A stretch of 64,000 nt of DNA from an uncultured Gemmatimonadales bacterium. GTDB taxonomy: Bacteria; Gemmatimonadota; Gemmatimonadetes; Gemmatimonadales; Gemmatimonadaceae. A model generated the notes under the pieces. That model was not told the origin of the DNA. It ran no database searches and saw only the letters and a program-made list of their open reading frames with translations. Location of the stretch: assembly GCA_963701965.1 (NCBI GenBank), contig OY969695.1, positions 2,944,001 through 3,008,000 of the forward strand. The letters run 5' to 3'. Of this stretch, positions 9,212-17,326 are shown one piece after another (the stretch's first letter is position 1; the number at the start of each line of letters is the position of its first letter). The position numbers and the translations under genes are program-made.

Positions 9212-9239
9212 AAGATAATATGATAACATGCGGATACAA
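9212..9239 (-). promoter_or_regulatory. sigma70-like promoter TTGTAT-N16-TATCTT, 5 nt before ATG 9206 (leaderless)
   Basis: AT-rich patch upstream of the nucleotidyltransferase; no RBS visible. Confidence 0.5.
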
Positions 9240-9293
9240 CGATTCGTATGGCGGAACCCTAGCGCGGAACGGGCGCGTGGACGATCATCTCGA

Positions 9294-9737
9294 ATGCGCC
9301 GCAGGAGATCCGTGTCTGCCATCCTCTGGGCCGCCGCTCTGCTGCTCGCCTTCGCACCCGCCAAGCACACCGCGCCCCGCGATCACCAACCCATCGCGAC
9401 GCGGCGTGGGATCGAGCATGACAGCACCGCTGCGGTCGAAGCGGTGCTGCGCCCACTCGGCATTTCGCACGGTGAGATGCCCATGCGTGTCGTCACGTTC
9501 TATCAGGACGTGGACGGTGACCTGGTTCGCCTAGCCGTCACCACGCCAGGCACACGCGACGGCGTCGTACTGCTATGGTTCGACCGGGCAACGGACAGCG
9601 ACACGGTACTGCGATTGGACCGACGCCCTACTGGCCGTAGTAGCCCTCGATCCCCCAGCGCACGAGCCGGTCGATCACCGTCGCCCGCCACCAAGACGTC
9701 GACCCGAGCAGCTGCGGCGACGCCACCGAGTCCTTGA
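9294..9737 (+). CDS. secreted hypothetical protein, 3' end runs into repeat copy 2
   Basis: Signal peptide MRRRRSVSAILWAAALLLAFAPA; protein-like until about 9625, then antisense read-through. Confidence 0.45.
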   Translation: MRRRRSVSAILWAAALLLAFAPAKHTAPRDHQPIATRRGIEHDSTAAVEAVLRPLGISHGEMPMRVVTFYQDVDGDLVRLAVTTPGTRDGVVLLWFDRATDSDTVLRLDRRPTGRSSPRSPSARAGRSPSPATKTSTRAAAATPPSP

Positions 9738-9933
9738 GCACGATCAAAAGCCGCTCGGGCGGCAACCCGCCCATCCGCGCATGCGACGAAAGCCCCGCCA
9801 CCGCCGCCCGCATGGCGGGCGTATCGTACTCATCCCGCACCCGCGCCCGCACAAGGGCCGCCACCAACCGCCCCCGATCCGCAGTCAGCGTCGGGCTGTG
9901 TTCGTAATTGGCGGAGTACGCGATAGCAGAAAT
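9628..9933. repeat. 306-bp direct repeat, copy 2
   Basis: Near-identical to 5845-6150. Confidence 0.95.
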
Positions 9934-9960
9934 GAGGACACCTGTGAACGGTTGTGTCAC
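9628..9960 (-). CDS. small helical hypothetical protein (PPERLLIVLK...VIDRLVRWGIEGYY family); start uncertain
   Basis: 110-aa ORF; related ORF at 30334..30666. Confidence 0.7.
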   Translation of the reverse strand: MTQPFTGVLISAIAYSANYEHSPTLTADRGRLVAALVRARVRDEYDTPAMRAAVAGLSSHARMGGLPPERLLIVLKDSVASPQLLGSTSWWRATVIDRLVRWGIEGYYGQ

Positions 9961-9965
9961 AGGTA

Positions 9966-9981
9966 TTCAAACGCCGTGCCA
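9966..9981 (-). promoter_or_regulatory. candidate sigma54 (-24/-12) promoter TGGCAC-N5-TTGAA
   Basis: Matches TGGCAC-N5-TTGCW except GA at -12; lies upstream of the 9628 gene. Confidence 0.4.
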
Positions 9982-10117
9982 CGAGGACGCCTTTCTCGCT
10001 GGCGTTAATGTAGAGCCCGGTAGCGCAACAGACCGGAAACACGAGACATAGCACGAGACTGGCATTACATGCGTAACAAAGCGGGCCCACCTCGGCCCCA
10101 ACCCCCTAGGGAGACCC

Positions 10118-10354
10118 GTGCACGCCCTCACCGCCTCGACGATCGCCACCGTCATCTGCGTCGCGCTCATCGTCCTGGTGATCCTGGGCGTCCTCCGCAC
10201 GCTGGTCCGCCCCCTCGTCGCTGTCGCCCTCATCGCCATAATCCTGATCCTGCTCGGCGTCCTCCGCGCCGACGAGGTCGGACACGCGGCCCGGCTCGCC
10301 GTCCATCACATCTACCGGTTCATCGAATCGCTGATCGGCGCCGCCAGCCGGTAA
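10118..10354 (+). CDS. small membrane protein
   Basis: GGGAG RBS, GTG start, two strongly hydrophobic helices. Confidence 0.7.
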   Translation: MHALTASTIATVICVALIVLVILGVLRTLVRPLVAVALIAIILILLGVLRADEVGHAARLAVHHIYRFIESLIGAASR

Positions 10355-10864
10355 CGCTCGTTGAAGATCCGCAGATGATGTCGCTCATGCCCGGGGACGA
10401 TATAGGCCAACGCCCGTACACTCACGGGGACACCCATGGCCACGCCCGAGCGACTCCACGCCTCATGGTCGAAAGCTCTCGAACAGCGCGACCGTCGACC
10501 CCCGCACCAGCCAGTACGCCTCGGCCAGATCAGCGATAGGCTGCCGGTCGGCGCGCGCGACCGTCGCATACAGATCCTGATCCCACGCCGGCAACGGCGT
10601 CACATCCCCGCGCCCGATCCGGAGCGCCCGATACGCACTGATCCGCTCGGCATCGATCAGATGGCCGATGACGTCGCTCACGCTCCACTTGTCCGGCGCG
10701 TACCGGTAGTGACCCTGCTCCTCGGTCAACCCGGCAATCCACGCGTGCGTCGCCTCCCCCTGCGACCGCATCGCGTCCACAGGATGCTCGGGGACGTTGG
10801 CAATGTACTGGGCATGGAATGGCGCATATTCGCCAGGATCGAGCGGTGGAATGATCTTGTTCAT
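10312..10864 (-). CDS. DinB family protein; frameshift at about 10472-10474
   Basis: YRYAPDKWSVSDVIGHLIDAERI and, after removing one T from TTT, SVRALAYIVPGHERHH (DinB His motifs). Confidence 0.85.
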
Positions 10865-10919
10865 GGACACGGACCAAGAATGCTCGAATGAGAGAACAGA
10901 TCGACTACCTTCGGATCCC

Positions 10920-12143
10920 ATGAAAAAGCTAGCGCTCGCGCTGTCCGCCCTGCTCGCCCCGGCGGTCCCGGCCCAGGTCGTCCCGCCCATCGATAGCGTC
11001 CCCATCGTCGCCCTTGCCGACACCGCCAACCCCGACCGCGGCCCCGCGCTGCTCGATAGTCTTCAACACGACACCGCCGCCCGCCGCGCGCTCTTCGACG
11101 CGTTGCGCGGACGGTACAAGCACAACGACTACATCTGGCGCGCCATCCCCGAGTCCAGCCTCGGCCCCGCGCTCCTCGCCATCGTGCACGACCCCGCCGC
11201 CTCCCCACACAATGCCTGGGACGCGCTGCAGTTTTATCACGTCTGGGAAGCACGCGGCGACCGCCAACGCATCCGCGCGCTCCGAGCACGAGCCACGCCC
11301 GACACCGCGCTCGCCAACGACATGGACATGGCCGACGACCAATGGCTCGGCCAACAACTCGGCAACGCGGTCCCGCGCTTTTTGCAAACCGTCAAACCGT
11401 TCACCGTCACGAAAAAGGACGCGATCCGCGTCCTCGTGTTCGGCGACTACGGCAATCTGCCGGCGCAAAAGGCCATCGCCGCCGACATGCGACGCTACCA
11501 TCGGGACCACCCGTTCGACCTGGGCGTCACCGTCGGCGACAACTTCTACAACCCCGACGGCATGTCGTCGCCCACCGGCCCACGGTGGCGCACGCTGTGG
11601 GAGAATGTCTACGGCCCGATGCACATTCCCATCTACGCGAGCCTCGGCAACCACGACTGGTACGTCGGCGATGCGCCGGCCGCCGAGATCCTGCACACGG
11701 GCAAAAGCCCGACCTGGAACATGCCGGGCGAGTTCTACCGGTTCCGCGCCGGACCCGTGGAGTTCTTCGCGGTGAATACCGGTATCGCCGAAGTCTCGCC
11801 CGTCCAGCTCCAATGGCTGGCCCACGCGCTCGCCACCAGCACCGCGCGCTGGAAAGTGGCGTACGGCCACTACCCGGTCGTGAACCCCGACGGCTCACCC
11901 GAGCCGCACATGGCCGAGCTGCTGGCCGTCCTCGAGCAGGGCCACGCCGACGCCTACCTGTGCGGCCACATCCACGATCTGTCCAAGATCCCCCCTCGCG
12001 GCAACCTGCATTTCCTGCTGTCGGGCGGCGGAGGCACCGAAGGCAAAGGGTTCGCCGTGCTCCGGGCCGATCAACACCGGATCACGATGACCCTGGTCGG
12101 CCAAGGCCTGACGGAACGAGGAACGGAGACCCTGACCAAGTGA
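10920..12143 (+). CDS. secreted calcineurin-like metallophosphoesterase (acid phosphatase type)
   Basis: Signal peptide MKKLALALSALLAPAVPA; motifs GDYG, GDNFY, GNHD, GHYP, GHIH. Confidence 0.88.
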   Translation: MKKLALALSALLAPAVPAQVVPPIDSVPIVALADTANPDRGPALLDSLQHDTAARRALFDALRGRYKHNDYIWRAIPESSLGPALLAIVHDPAASPHNAWDALQFYHVWEARGDRQRIRALRARATPDTALANDMDMADDQWLGQQLGNAVPRFLQTVKPFTVTKKDAIRVLVFGDYGNLPAQKAIAADMRRYHRDHPFDLGVTVGDNFYNPDGMSSPTGPRWRTLWENVYGPMHIPIYASLGNHDWYVGDAPAAEILHTGKSPTWNMPGEFYRFRAGPVEFFAVNTGIAEVSPVQLQWLAHALATSTARWKVAYGHYPVVNPDGSPEPHMAELLAVLEQGHADAYLCGHIHDLSKIPPRGNLHFLLSGGGGTEGKGFAVLRADQHRITMTLVGQGLTERGTETLTK

Positions 12144-12153
12144 TTCGTAAGGC

Positions 12154-12996
12154 ATGCGTATCGGCTTGGTCCACCTCCGCGTCGCCGACCGGCAACGGTC
12201 CCTCGACTTCTACACGGGTCTCCTCGGGCTCCACGTCGCCGCCCACGAGGGCGACACGACCACCCTCTCGGCGACCGGCGGGACACCCCACCTCCTCGCG
12301 CTCACCGAGTATCCGGGCGCCCGCGCCCCGGAACGCACCACGGGTCTCTATCACGTCGCCATCCGCGTGAGCGACGCGCCCGCGCTCGGGCAACTCCTGG
12401 CGAGGCTCCTGGCCGCCGATTACCCGCTGCAAGGCGCCAGCGACCACCCGACCAACAAAGCGATTTACCTTGCCGATCCCGACGGAAACGGCATCGAGCT
12501 CACGATCGACAACCCGCGCGCCGAGTGGTTCGGGCCGGACGGGCATATCCGTCTGGAATCACCGCCGCTTGACGGACCAGCACTGTTGGCCGCGGCCGGC
12601 GGCGCGAAATTCCATATCCATTCGCACACGAACATTGGGCACGTGCACCTCCACGTGGCGGACTTACCGAGAGCCATCGCGTTCTATCGCAATGTCCTGG
12701 GGCTGACGGTGACGTCGGCCCTGCCGCGACTCCGCGCGGCGTTCCTCGCCTACGGCGACTACCACCACCACATCGGTCTCAATACGTGGAATGGCGTCGG
12801 CGCCCCGCGGCCGGCCGCCAACGCCGCCGGCCTGCTCGCGTACACGATCCTGCTACCGGATACAACCGACGTCGAGACCGTGTTGGCGAATGCCGCCCGC
12901 CACGGCGCGAGGATCGTGGGCACCTCTGGGGCGATCGTCGACCCCGATGGACACCACATTCTCGTCACCACCGCCGACGTCCCTCTAGCCGTGTAG
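12154..12996 (+). CDS. VOC family protein, CatE-like catechol 2,3-dioxygenase
   Basis: Two VOC domains: GLYHVAI, GASDH, YLADPDGNGIE, GHVHLHV, YHHHIGLNTW. Confidence 0.88.
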   Translation: MRIGLVHLRVADRQRSLDFYTGLLGLHVAAHEGDTTTLSATGGTPHLLALTEYPGARAPERTTGLYHVAIRVSDAPALGQLLARLLAADYPLQGASDHPTNKAIYLADPDGNGIELTIDNPRAEWFGPDGHIRLESPPLDGPALLAAAGGAKFHIHSHTNIGHVHLHVADLPRAIAFYRNVLGLTVTSALPRLRAAFLAYGDYHHHIGLNTWNGVGAPRPAANAAGLLAYTILLPDTTDVETVLANAARHGARIVGTSGAIVDPDGHHILVTTADVPLAV

Positions 12997-13064
12997 TGCG
13001 CTCTGGGGTACTGTAGAGGATTCCCGCATTTGGAGGGGTCCTGCTCCGTAAGCTGCGCGTAGGC

Positions 13065-14603
13065 GTGCTCGATCTCGTATCGACCGGCCCGGCCAAGGGC
13101 CTGTATTCGAAGTTGATGAACGCGAACCTTGCCAGCATCATGCCCCAAGTCGTCGGCGCATGGTGTGAAGAAGCGGGCCATGAGGTCCGCTTCGTGTGCT
13201 ATACGGGATACGAAGATCTCGCCCAAGAGCTGCCCGCCGACACCGACATCCTGTTCATCTCGGCATTCACGGAGAGCGCCCAGCTCTCCTACGCCATCAG
13301 CGCGATGTACCGGGACCGGGGCTGCGTGACCGCCCTGGGCGGCCCGCACGCGCGGTGCTACCCGGAAGACGCGGCCCAATACTTCGACTACGTCTTCGGG
13401 TTTACCGACAAGACGATGGTCATGGATGTCCTGGCCGACTGCGAGTCGCACCGCCCGATGGGCGTGATGCTGAACGCCGGCAAACAGCCCCGCCAACTCC
13501 CCAGCGTCCGCGAACGCTGGAAGTTCATCCAGGCGACCCTGGCCAAGGCGCCCACCATCAAGATCGTGCCCATGCTGGCCAGCCTGGGATGCCCCTACAC
13601 CTGCAGCTTTTGCATCGACTCGACGGTCGACTATCAACCGTTCGACCGGCACCAGCTGCGCGATGACCTCCGGTTCCTGCTCGACAACATGAAGCGCCCG
13701 CGCATCGGATGGCACGACCCGAACTTCGGCGTGCGCTTCGACGAGACGCTGGGCGCGATCGAGGAAGCCATCCCGCCCGGCCGGGCCGATTTCATCGCCG
13801 AGAGCAGCCTGTCGCTGCTCAACGAAGACCGCCTGCCGCGCCTCAAGAAAAACGGCTTCGCCGCGATCCTGCCGGGCATCGAGTCCTGGTTCTCGCTCGG
13901 CAACAAAACGAAAACCGGCAAGAACGTCGGCATGGACAAGGTCCGCCAGGTCTCGGACCACGTGAACATGGTCATGCGCTACATCCCGTACGTGCAGACC
14001 AACTTCGTCCTGGGACTGGATACCGACGAGGGCGAAGAGCCGTTCGAGTGCACCAAGCGGTTCATCGACATGACGCCGGCCGCGTTCCCGGGCTACTCGC
14101 TGCTCTCGGCGTTCGGCCGCGCCGCGCCGCTCAACCTCGAGCTCCAGCGCGCCGGACGCGTCCTACCGTTCCCGCACCACTTTTTGAATAACAACCTGGC
14201 GATGAACGTCAAACCCAAGAACTACTCTTGGGGCAAGTTCTACGACCACGTGATCGACCTGACGACGTACTCGTTCTCCAAGCGCGCCATCTGGCGGCGG
14301 TTCGCGGCCACCAAGGGCGCGATCCCGAAATGGATGAACGTCGTCCGGGCGATGTCCAGCGAAGGCTACGGGCGCATGGCGTACTACAAGCACGTCCGCG
14401 GACTCCTGGACTCGGACATGGGGGTCCGTCGCTACTTCGATTCCGAAACCGACGTCCTCCCGCCGTTCTACGAGGACCGGGTGCGCCGCGACCTGGGACC
14501 GTTCTGGCCGATGCTCCCCACGGGAGCGATCAACCACGACCCGAACGCGTACCTGCACGCCGAAGCGCCGGCCATCACGCGGTTGTCCGTGCGGGAAGCG
14601 TAA
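13065..14603 (+). CDS. B12-binding-domain radical SAM protein (start may be a few codons upstream)
   Basis: ALGGPHA cobalamin-binding-domain motif and GCPYTCSFC (CxxxCxxC). Confidence 0.88.
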   Translation: MLDLVSTGPAKGLYSKLMNANLASIMPQVVGAWCEEAGHEVRFVCYTGYEDLAQELPADTDILFISAFTESAQLSYAISAMYRDRGCVTALGGPHARCYPEDAAQYFDYVFGFTDKTMVMDVLADCESHRPMGVMLNAGKQPRQLPSVRERWKFIQATLAKAPTIKIVPMLASLGCPYTCSFCIDSTVDYQPFDRHQLRDDLRFLLDNMKRPRIGWHDPNFGVRFDETLGAIEEAIPPGRADFIAESSLSLLNEDRLPRLKKNGFAAILPGIESWFSLGNKTKTGKNVGMDKVRQVSDHVNMVMRYIPYVQTNFVLGLDTDEGEEPFECTKRFIDMTPAAFPGYSLLSAFGRAAPLNLELQRAGRVLPFPHHFLNNNLAMNVKPKNYSWGKFYDHVIDLTTYSFSKRAIWRRFAATKGAIPKWMNVVRAMSSEGYGRMAYYKHVRGLLDSDMGVRRYFDSETDVLPPFYEDRVRRDLGPFWPMLPTGAINHDPNAYLHAEAPAITRLSVREA

Positions 14604-14607
14604 ACCA

Positions 14608-15204
14608 CTACTTGCTCGCCGCCTCGATACTCAGGGAGATGACGACGTTCGTTCCCGCGAACATCGTCCCGTAGGTCATCCCGTAATCGCGGCGGTCGAG
14701 CGTCGTCGTCGCTCGATAGGCGACGCGCGGCGCGCCCATCGCGTTGGCCCGGCCGTCGAAGTGCGCGCTGAGCGTCACCGGCTTGGTCACCCCGTGCAAC
14801 GTCAGCGTCCCCTCGATCGTGAACGTCGAGTCGGCACCCATCGGCGAGACTTTCGTGCTGGCGAACGTGATGGTCGGATACTTGGCGGCGTCGAAGAAAT
14901 GCTCCGACTTGAGGTCGGCATCGCGCTTGACGTTGTTCGTGCTGACGCCGCCCACGTCCAGCGTCGCCGAGATCGATGACGGCACGGTCTGACCGCCCGC
15001 GACCTGGGCCTGCACCGTGGTGATGGGAATCGTCCCCTTCACATGCGTAATCCCGAGGTGCACGACGTCGAACTCGGCGCTGGAATGCACCGGGTCCGCG
15101 GTCCAGGTGCTGTCCGGAGCGAAAGCCAGCGGGCGCACGGCATGCGACGGCGCAACCAACACGCTGAAGGGCAGGGCGAGGGCGGCGAAACGGAGCGCGA
15201 ACAT
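14608..15204 (-). CDS. YceI family periplasmic lipid/polyisoprenoid-binding protein
   Basis: Signal peptide; DPVHSSAEF, RDADLKSEHFFDAAKYPTITF, GTLTLHGVTKPV, LDRRDYGM. Confidence 0.92.
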   Translation of the reverse strand: MFALRFAALALPFSVLVAPSHAVRPLAFAPDSTWTADPVHSSAEFDVVHLGITHVKGTIPITTVQAQVAGGQTVPSSISATLDVGGVSTNNVKRDADLKSEHFFDAAKYPTITFASTKVSPMGADSTFTIEGTLTLHGVTKPVTLSAHFDGRANAMGAPRVAYRATTTLDRRDYGMTYGTMFAGTNVVISLSIEAASK

Positions 15205-15288
15205 GTCAGTTCTGGTGTGAAATGGGTGGGAAACAAGGGCGCACGAAGTCTCCCCCCGAAGGGGGCGGCGTCGTGAAGAAAACGTGAT

Positions 15289-15960
15289 CTATGAGTGGCG
15301 GTTGATGGCGTGTCGCGCCGAGGGCACGATGTCACCGATGCCGGCGGGCCGCGCGGCCTGGCGATACCAGGTGGCCAGCTCGCGCCAGGCCTCCGCCGTC
15401 TCCTGAATGGGCGTCGCGCTCCGCCAGGCGCACATGCCGCTGCCCCGTGTGGTCAGCGAGTCTCGACGATAGGCGATGCCGAACTGCACGAGCACCCACT
15501 CCTCGTACGAGGCCACCGCGGCCAATGCCTCGGCCAACGCGCCGCACGCCTCCCGCCACTCGGGGATGCCGGCGTTGGGCCGCACCTTCGTAGCCTGCAA
15601 CGGCACGCATGAGCTGGGATCGCTCATCACCCCATCGGTATGCCGCGGCTCGAACCCCAGGCGCCGCACGTAGACGCCCCCGCCCGACCGCTCACCGCTG
15701 ACCGTCGTGACGAACAGCCCGCTCTCGCACACGCGCATCGACCGGCCACTCTCCAGCGGCAACGCGTACGCGTTCGTACTCAGCGTGCCGCCGGACCCGG
15801 GACCGCACTCGCACGTGAACCCGTACGCGAGCAGGAGATTCCCCGACGGATGCTTCACATCGTGATTCCACAGCCCGAGTTGTTGATCGAATAGCCGCTC
15901 GGCACGCGTGCGAAGCGTGCGCGGCAGCTGGTACGGCAGAAGACCATGCGAGAAGGGCAC
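15289..15960 (-). CDS. hypothetical protein downstream of the anti-sigma factor
   Basis: Protein-like C-terminal part of ORF 15289..16671 (LFDQQLGLWNHDVKHPSGNLLLAYGF); GTG 8 nt after the anti-sigma stop. Confidence 0.6.
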   Translation of the reverse strand: MPFSHGLLPYQLPRTLRTRAERLFDQQLGLWNHDVKHPSGNLLLAYGFTCECGPGSGGTLSTNAYALPLESGRSMRVCESGLFVTTVSGERSGGGVYVRRLGFEPRHTDGVMSDPSSCVPLQATKVRPNAGIPEWREACGALAEALAAVASYEEWVLVQFGIAYRRDSLTTRGSGMCAWRSATPIQETAEAWRELATWYRQAARPAGIGDIVPSARHAINRHS

Positions 15961-15968
15961 GATCAGAT

Positions 15969-16772
15969 TTACCGCTGTGTGAGGATGATGTTCCTCGCGA
16001 ATTCGCGCAGATCGGACGCGTTGACGTCGGACACGGCCCAGCACTCCAGTCCGCCAGTCACCCAGTGTAGCACAGTGTAACCACGATGCAACTCTGATGC
16101 TATATCCGCACCCGTGGCGCCTTCCGCGGCCGGCCATTGATAAAGATTGATCAGATGTTGGCGCCGGCCATAAACGAGGGCCGCCGCGGGATGTCCGTCG
16201 ATATAGTCGACCCGGCCGCCGAGGAGCGGAAACCCCTGGGGCGCGAGATCCGTCACCGCCGGGCTGAAGTCGAGCTTGCCTTGGAACCACGGCTTGACCG
16301 TGTGTTGATCGGTCGAGGCGACGTCCATGAGATGCGTGGCCCCGCCGGCCAGCGAACGGATGTGGCTGTCGAGCACCTCGCGCACAATGGCCGACCCGGC
16401 CTCCGGCCGGGCCCGGCGGGTCAACGCTGACCACGTCGCGCCCAGTCCCAGCCCGATGAGCAGTGTCGCGGCCATCGCCATCGCCGGCCTCGTCGGCCGC
16501 CAGCTGTTCCGTCGCACGGCCCGCGCCGATCCACCGTCCGCCGCCTCTGCCCCCCTGAGGGCGGCCACCACTTGGCGTCGGAGCGCTTCCGGCGCCGGCG
16601 CAGCGTCGGCGCGAAGCGCCGCGCCGAGATGGACCCGCAGCCGCTCGAGATCCTCGAGATGGGCCGCACACGCCGCACAGCCCGCGAGATGGGCGGCAAT
16701 CTCCGCGGCCTCACCAGCCGGGAGCTCGCCATCGACATAGGCGCTCAAGCGAACGCTATCGACGTGGGTCAT
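15969..16772 (-). CDS. transmembrane anti-sigma factor with zf-HC2 N-terminus
   Basis: LSAYVDGEL...HLAGCAAC, one TM helix, DVASTDQHTVKPWFQGKLDFSP...GFPLLGGRVDY. Confidence 0.92.
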   Translation of the reverse strand: MTHVDSVRLSAYVDGELPAGEAAEIAAHLAGCAACAAHLEDLERLRVHLGAALRADAAPAPEALRRQVVAALRGAEAADGGSARAVRRNSWRPTRPAMAMAATLLIGLGLGATWSALTRRARPEAGSAIVREVLDSHIRSLAGGATHLMDVASTDQHTVKPWFQGKLDFSPAVTDLAPQGFPLLGGRVDYIDGHPAAALVYGRRQHLINLYQWPAAEGATGADIASELHRGYTVLHWVTGGLECWAVSDVNASDLREFARNIILTQR

Positions 16773-17266
16773 GGATTCACGACCTGCCGCAGCCGCTCGC
16801 GCGCCCGGGCCAGCCGCGACATGACGGTGCCAATGGGTGCTCCGATCACGTCGGCGATCTCCTTATACGAAAGTCCCTCGAGCTCGCGCAACACCAGAAT
16901 CGCGCGCGCATCGTGGGGCAGCGCCGCCAGGGCCTGCGTCAGGGTGAGGCGATTCTCTATGCCACCGGCTTCGGGAGCGGGAGGCGAGTGTACCCGATCG
17001 TCGAATTCGACGGTCTCCGCCCGCTCCACGGCCCTCCCGCGCGCCGAGTAGCACGTGTGCCGGACGATCGTGAGCAACCACGCCCGGCTGTCTTCCCCGC
17101 GAAACCCCCCGAAATACCGGAGCGCGCGCAGATAGGCCTCCTGCACGACATCCTCGGCGTCATGGTGGTTGCGCGTGAGTTGCCGCGCCACCGCATAGGC
17201 GGCATCGAGGTGTGGCATCATGAGCCGCGCGAAGCGCCCGGAGCGCTCCGCGTCATCGTCCGTCAC
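16769..17266 (-). CDS. ECF RNA polymerase sigma factor
   Basis: DAEDVVQEAYLRA, RAWLLTIVR, ELEGLSYKEIADVIGAPIGTVMSRLARAR; ATGA overlap with anti-sigma. Confidence 0.93.
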   Translation of the reverse strand: MTDDDAERSGRFARLMMPHLDAAYAVARQLTRNHHDAEDVVQEAYLRALRYFGGFRGEDSRAWLLTIVRHTCYSARGRAVERAETVEFDDRVHSPPAPEAGGIENRLTLTQALAALPHDARAILVLRELEGLSYKEIADVIGAPIGTVMSRLARARERLRQVVNP

Positions 17267-17274
17267 GTGATGAG

Positions 17275-17320
17275 TATACCACCACCGGTCCGGGAATATT
17301 CCCGACGCGGGTGCGGTCTC
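17275..17320. promoter_or_regulatory. divergent ECF-type promoters GGAATA-N16-GGT sharing a 14-bp palindrome
   Basis: CGGGAATATTCCCG at 17291-17304; + strand GGAATA-N16-GGTCTC, - strand GGAATA-N16-GGTATA. Confidence 0.6.
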
Positions 17321-17326
17321 CGTGGC

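Noticed and set aside
5845..9933. Composite transposon, prophage or tRNA-targeted integrative element
   Set aside because: The repeats are copies of a small CDS, not IS elements; no transposase, integrase, phage gene or tRNA was seen
15250..15266. CCCCC-GAA-GGGGG hairpin as an intrinsic terminator
   Set aside because: Short stem with no U-tract in the transcribed (minus) direction; insufficient support
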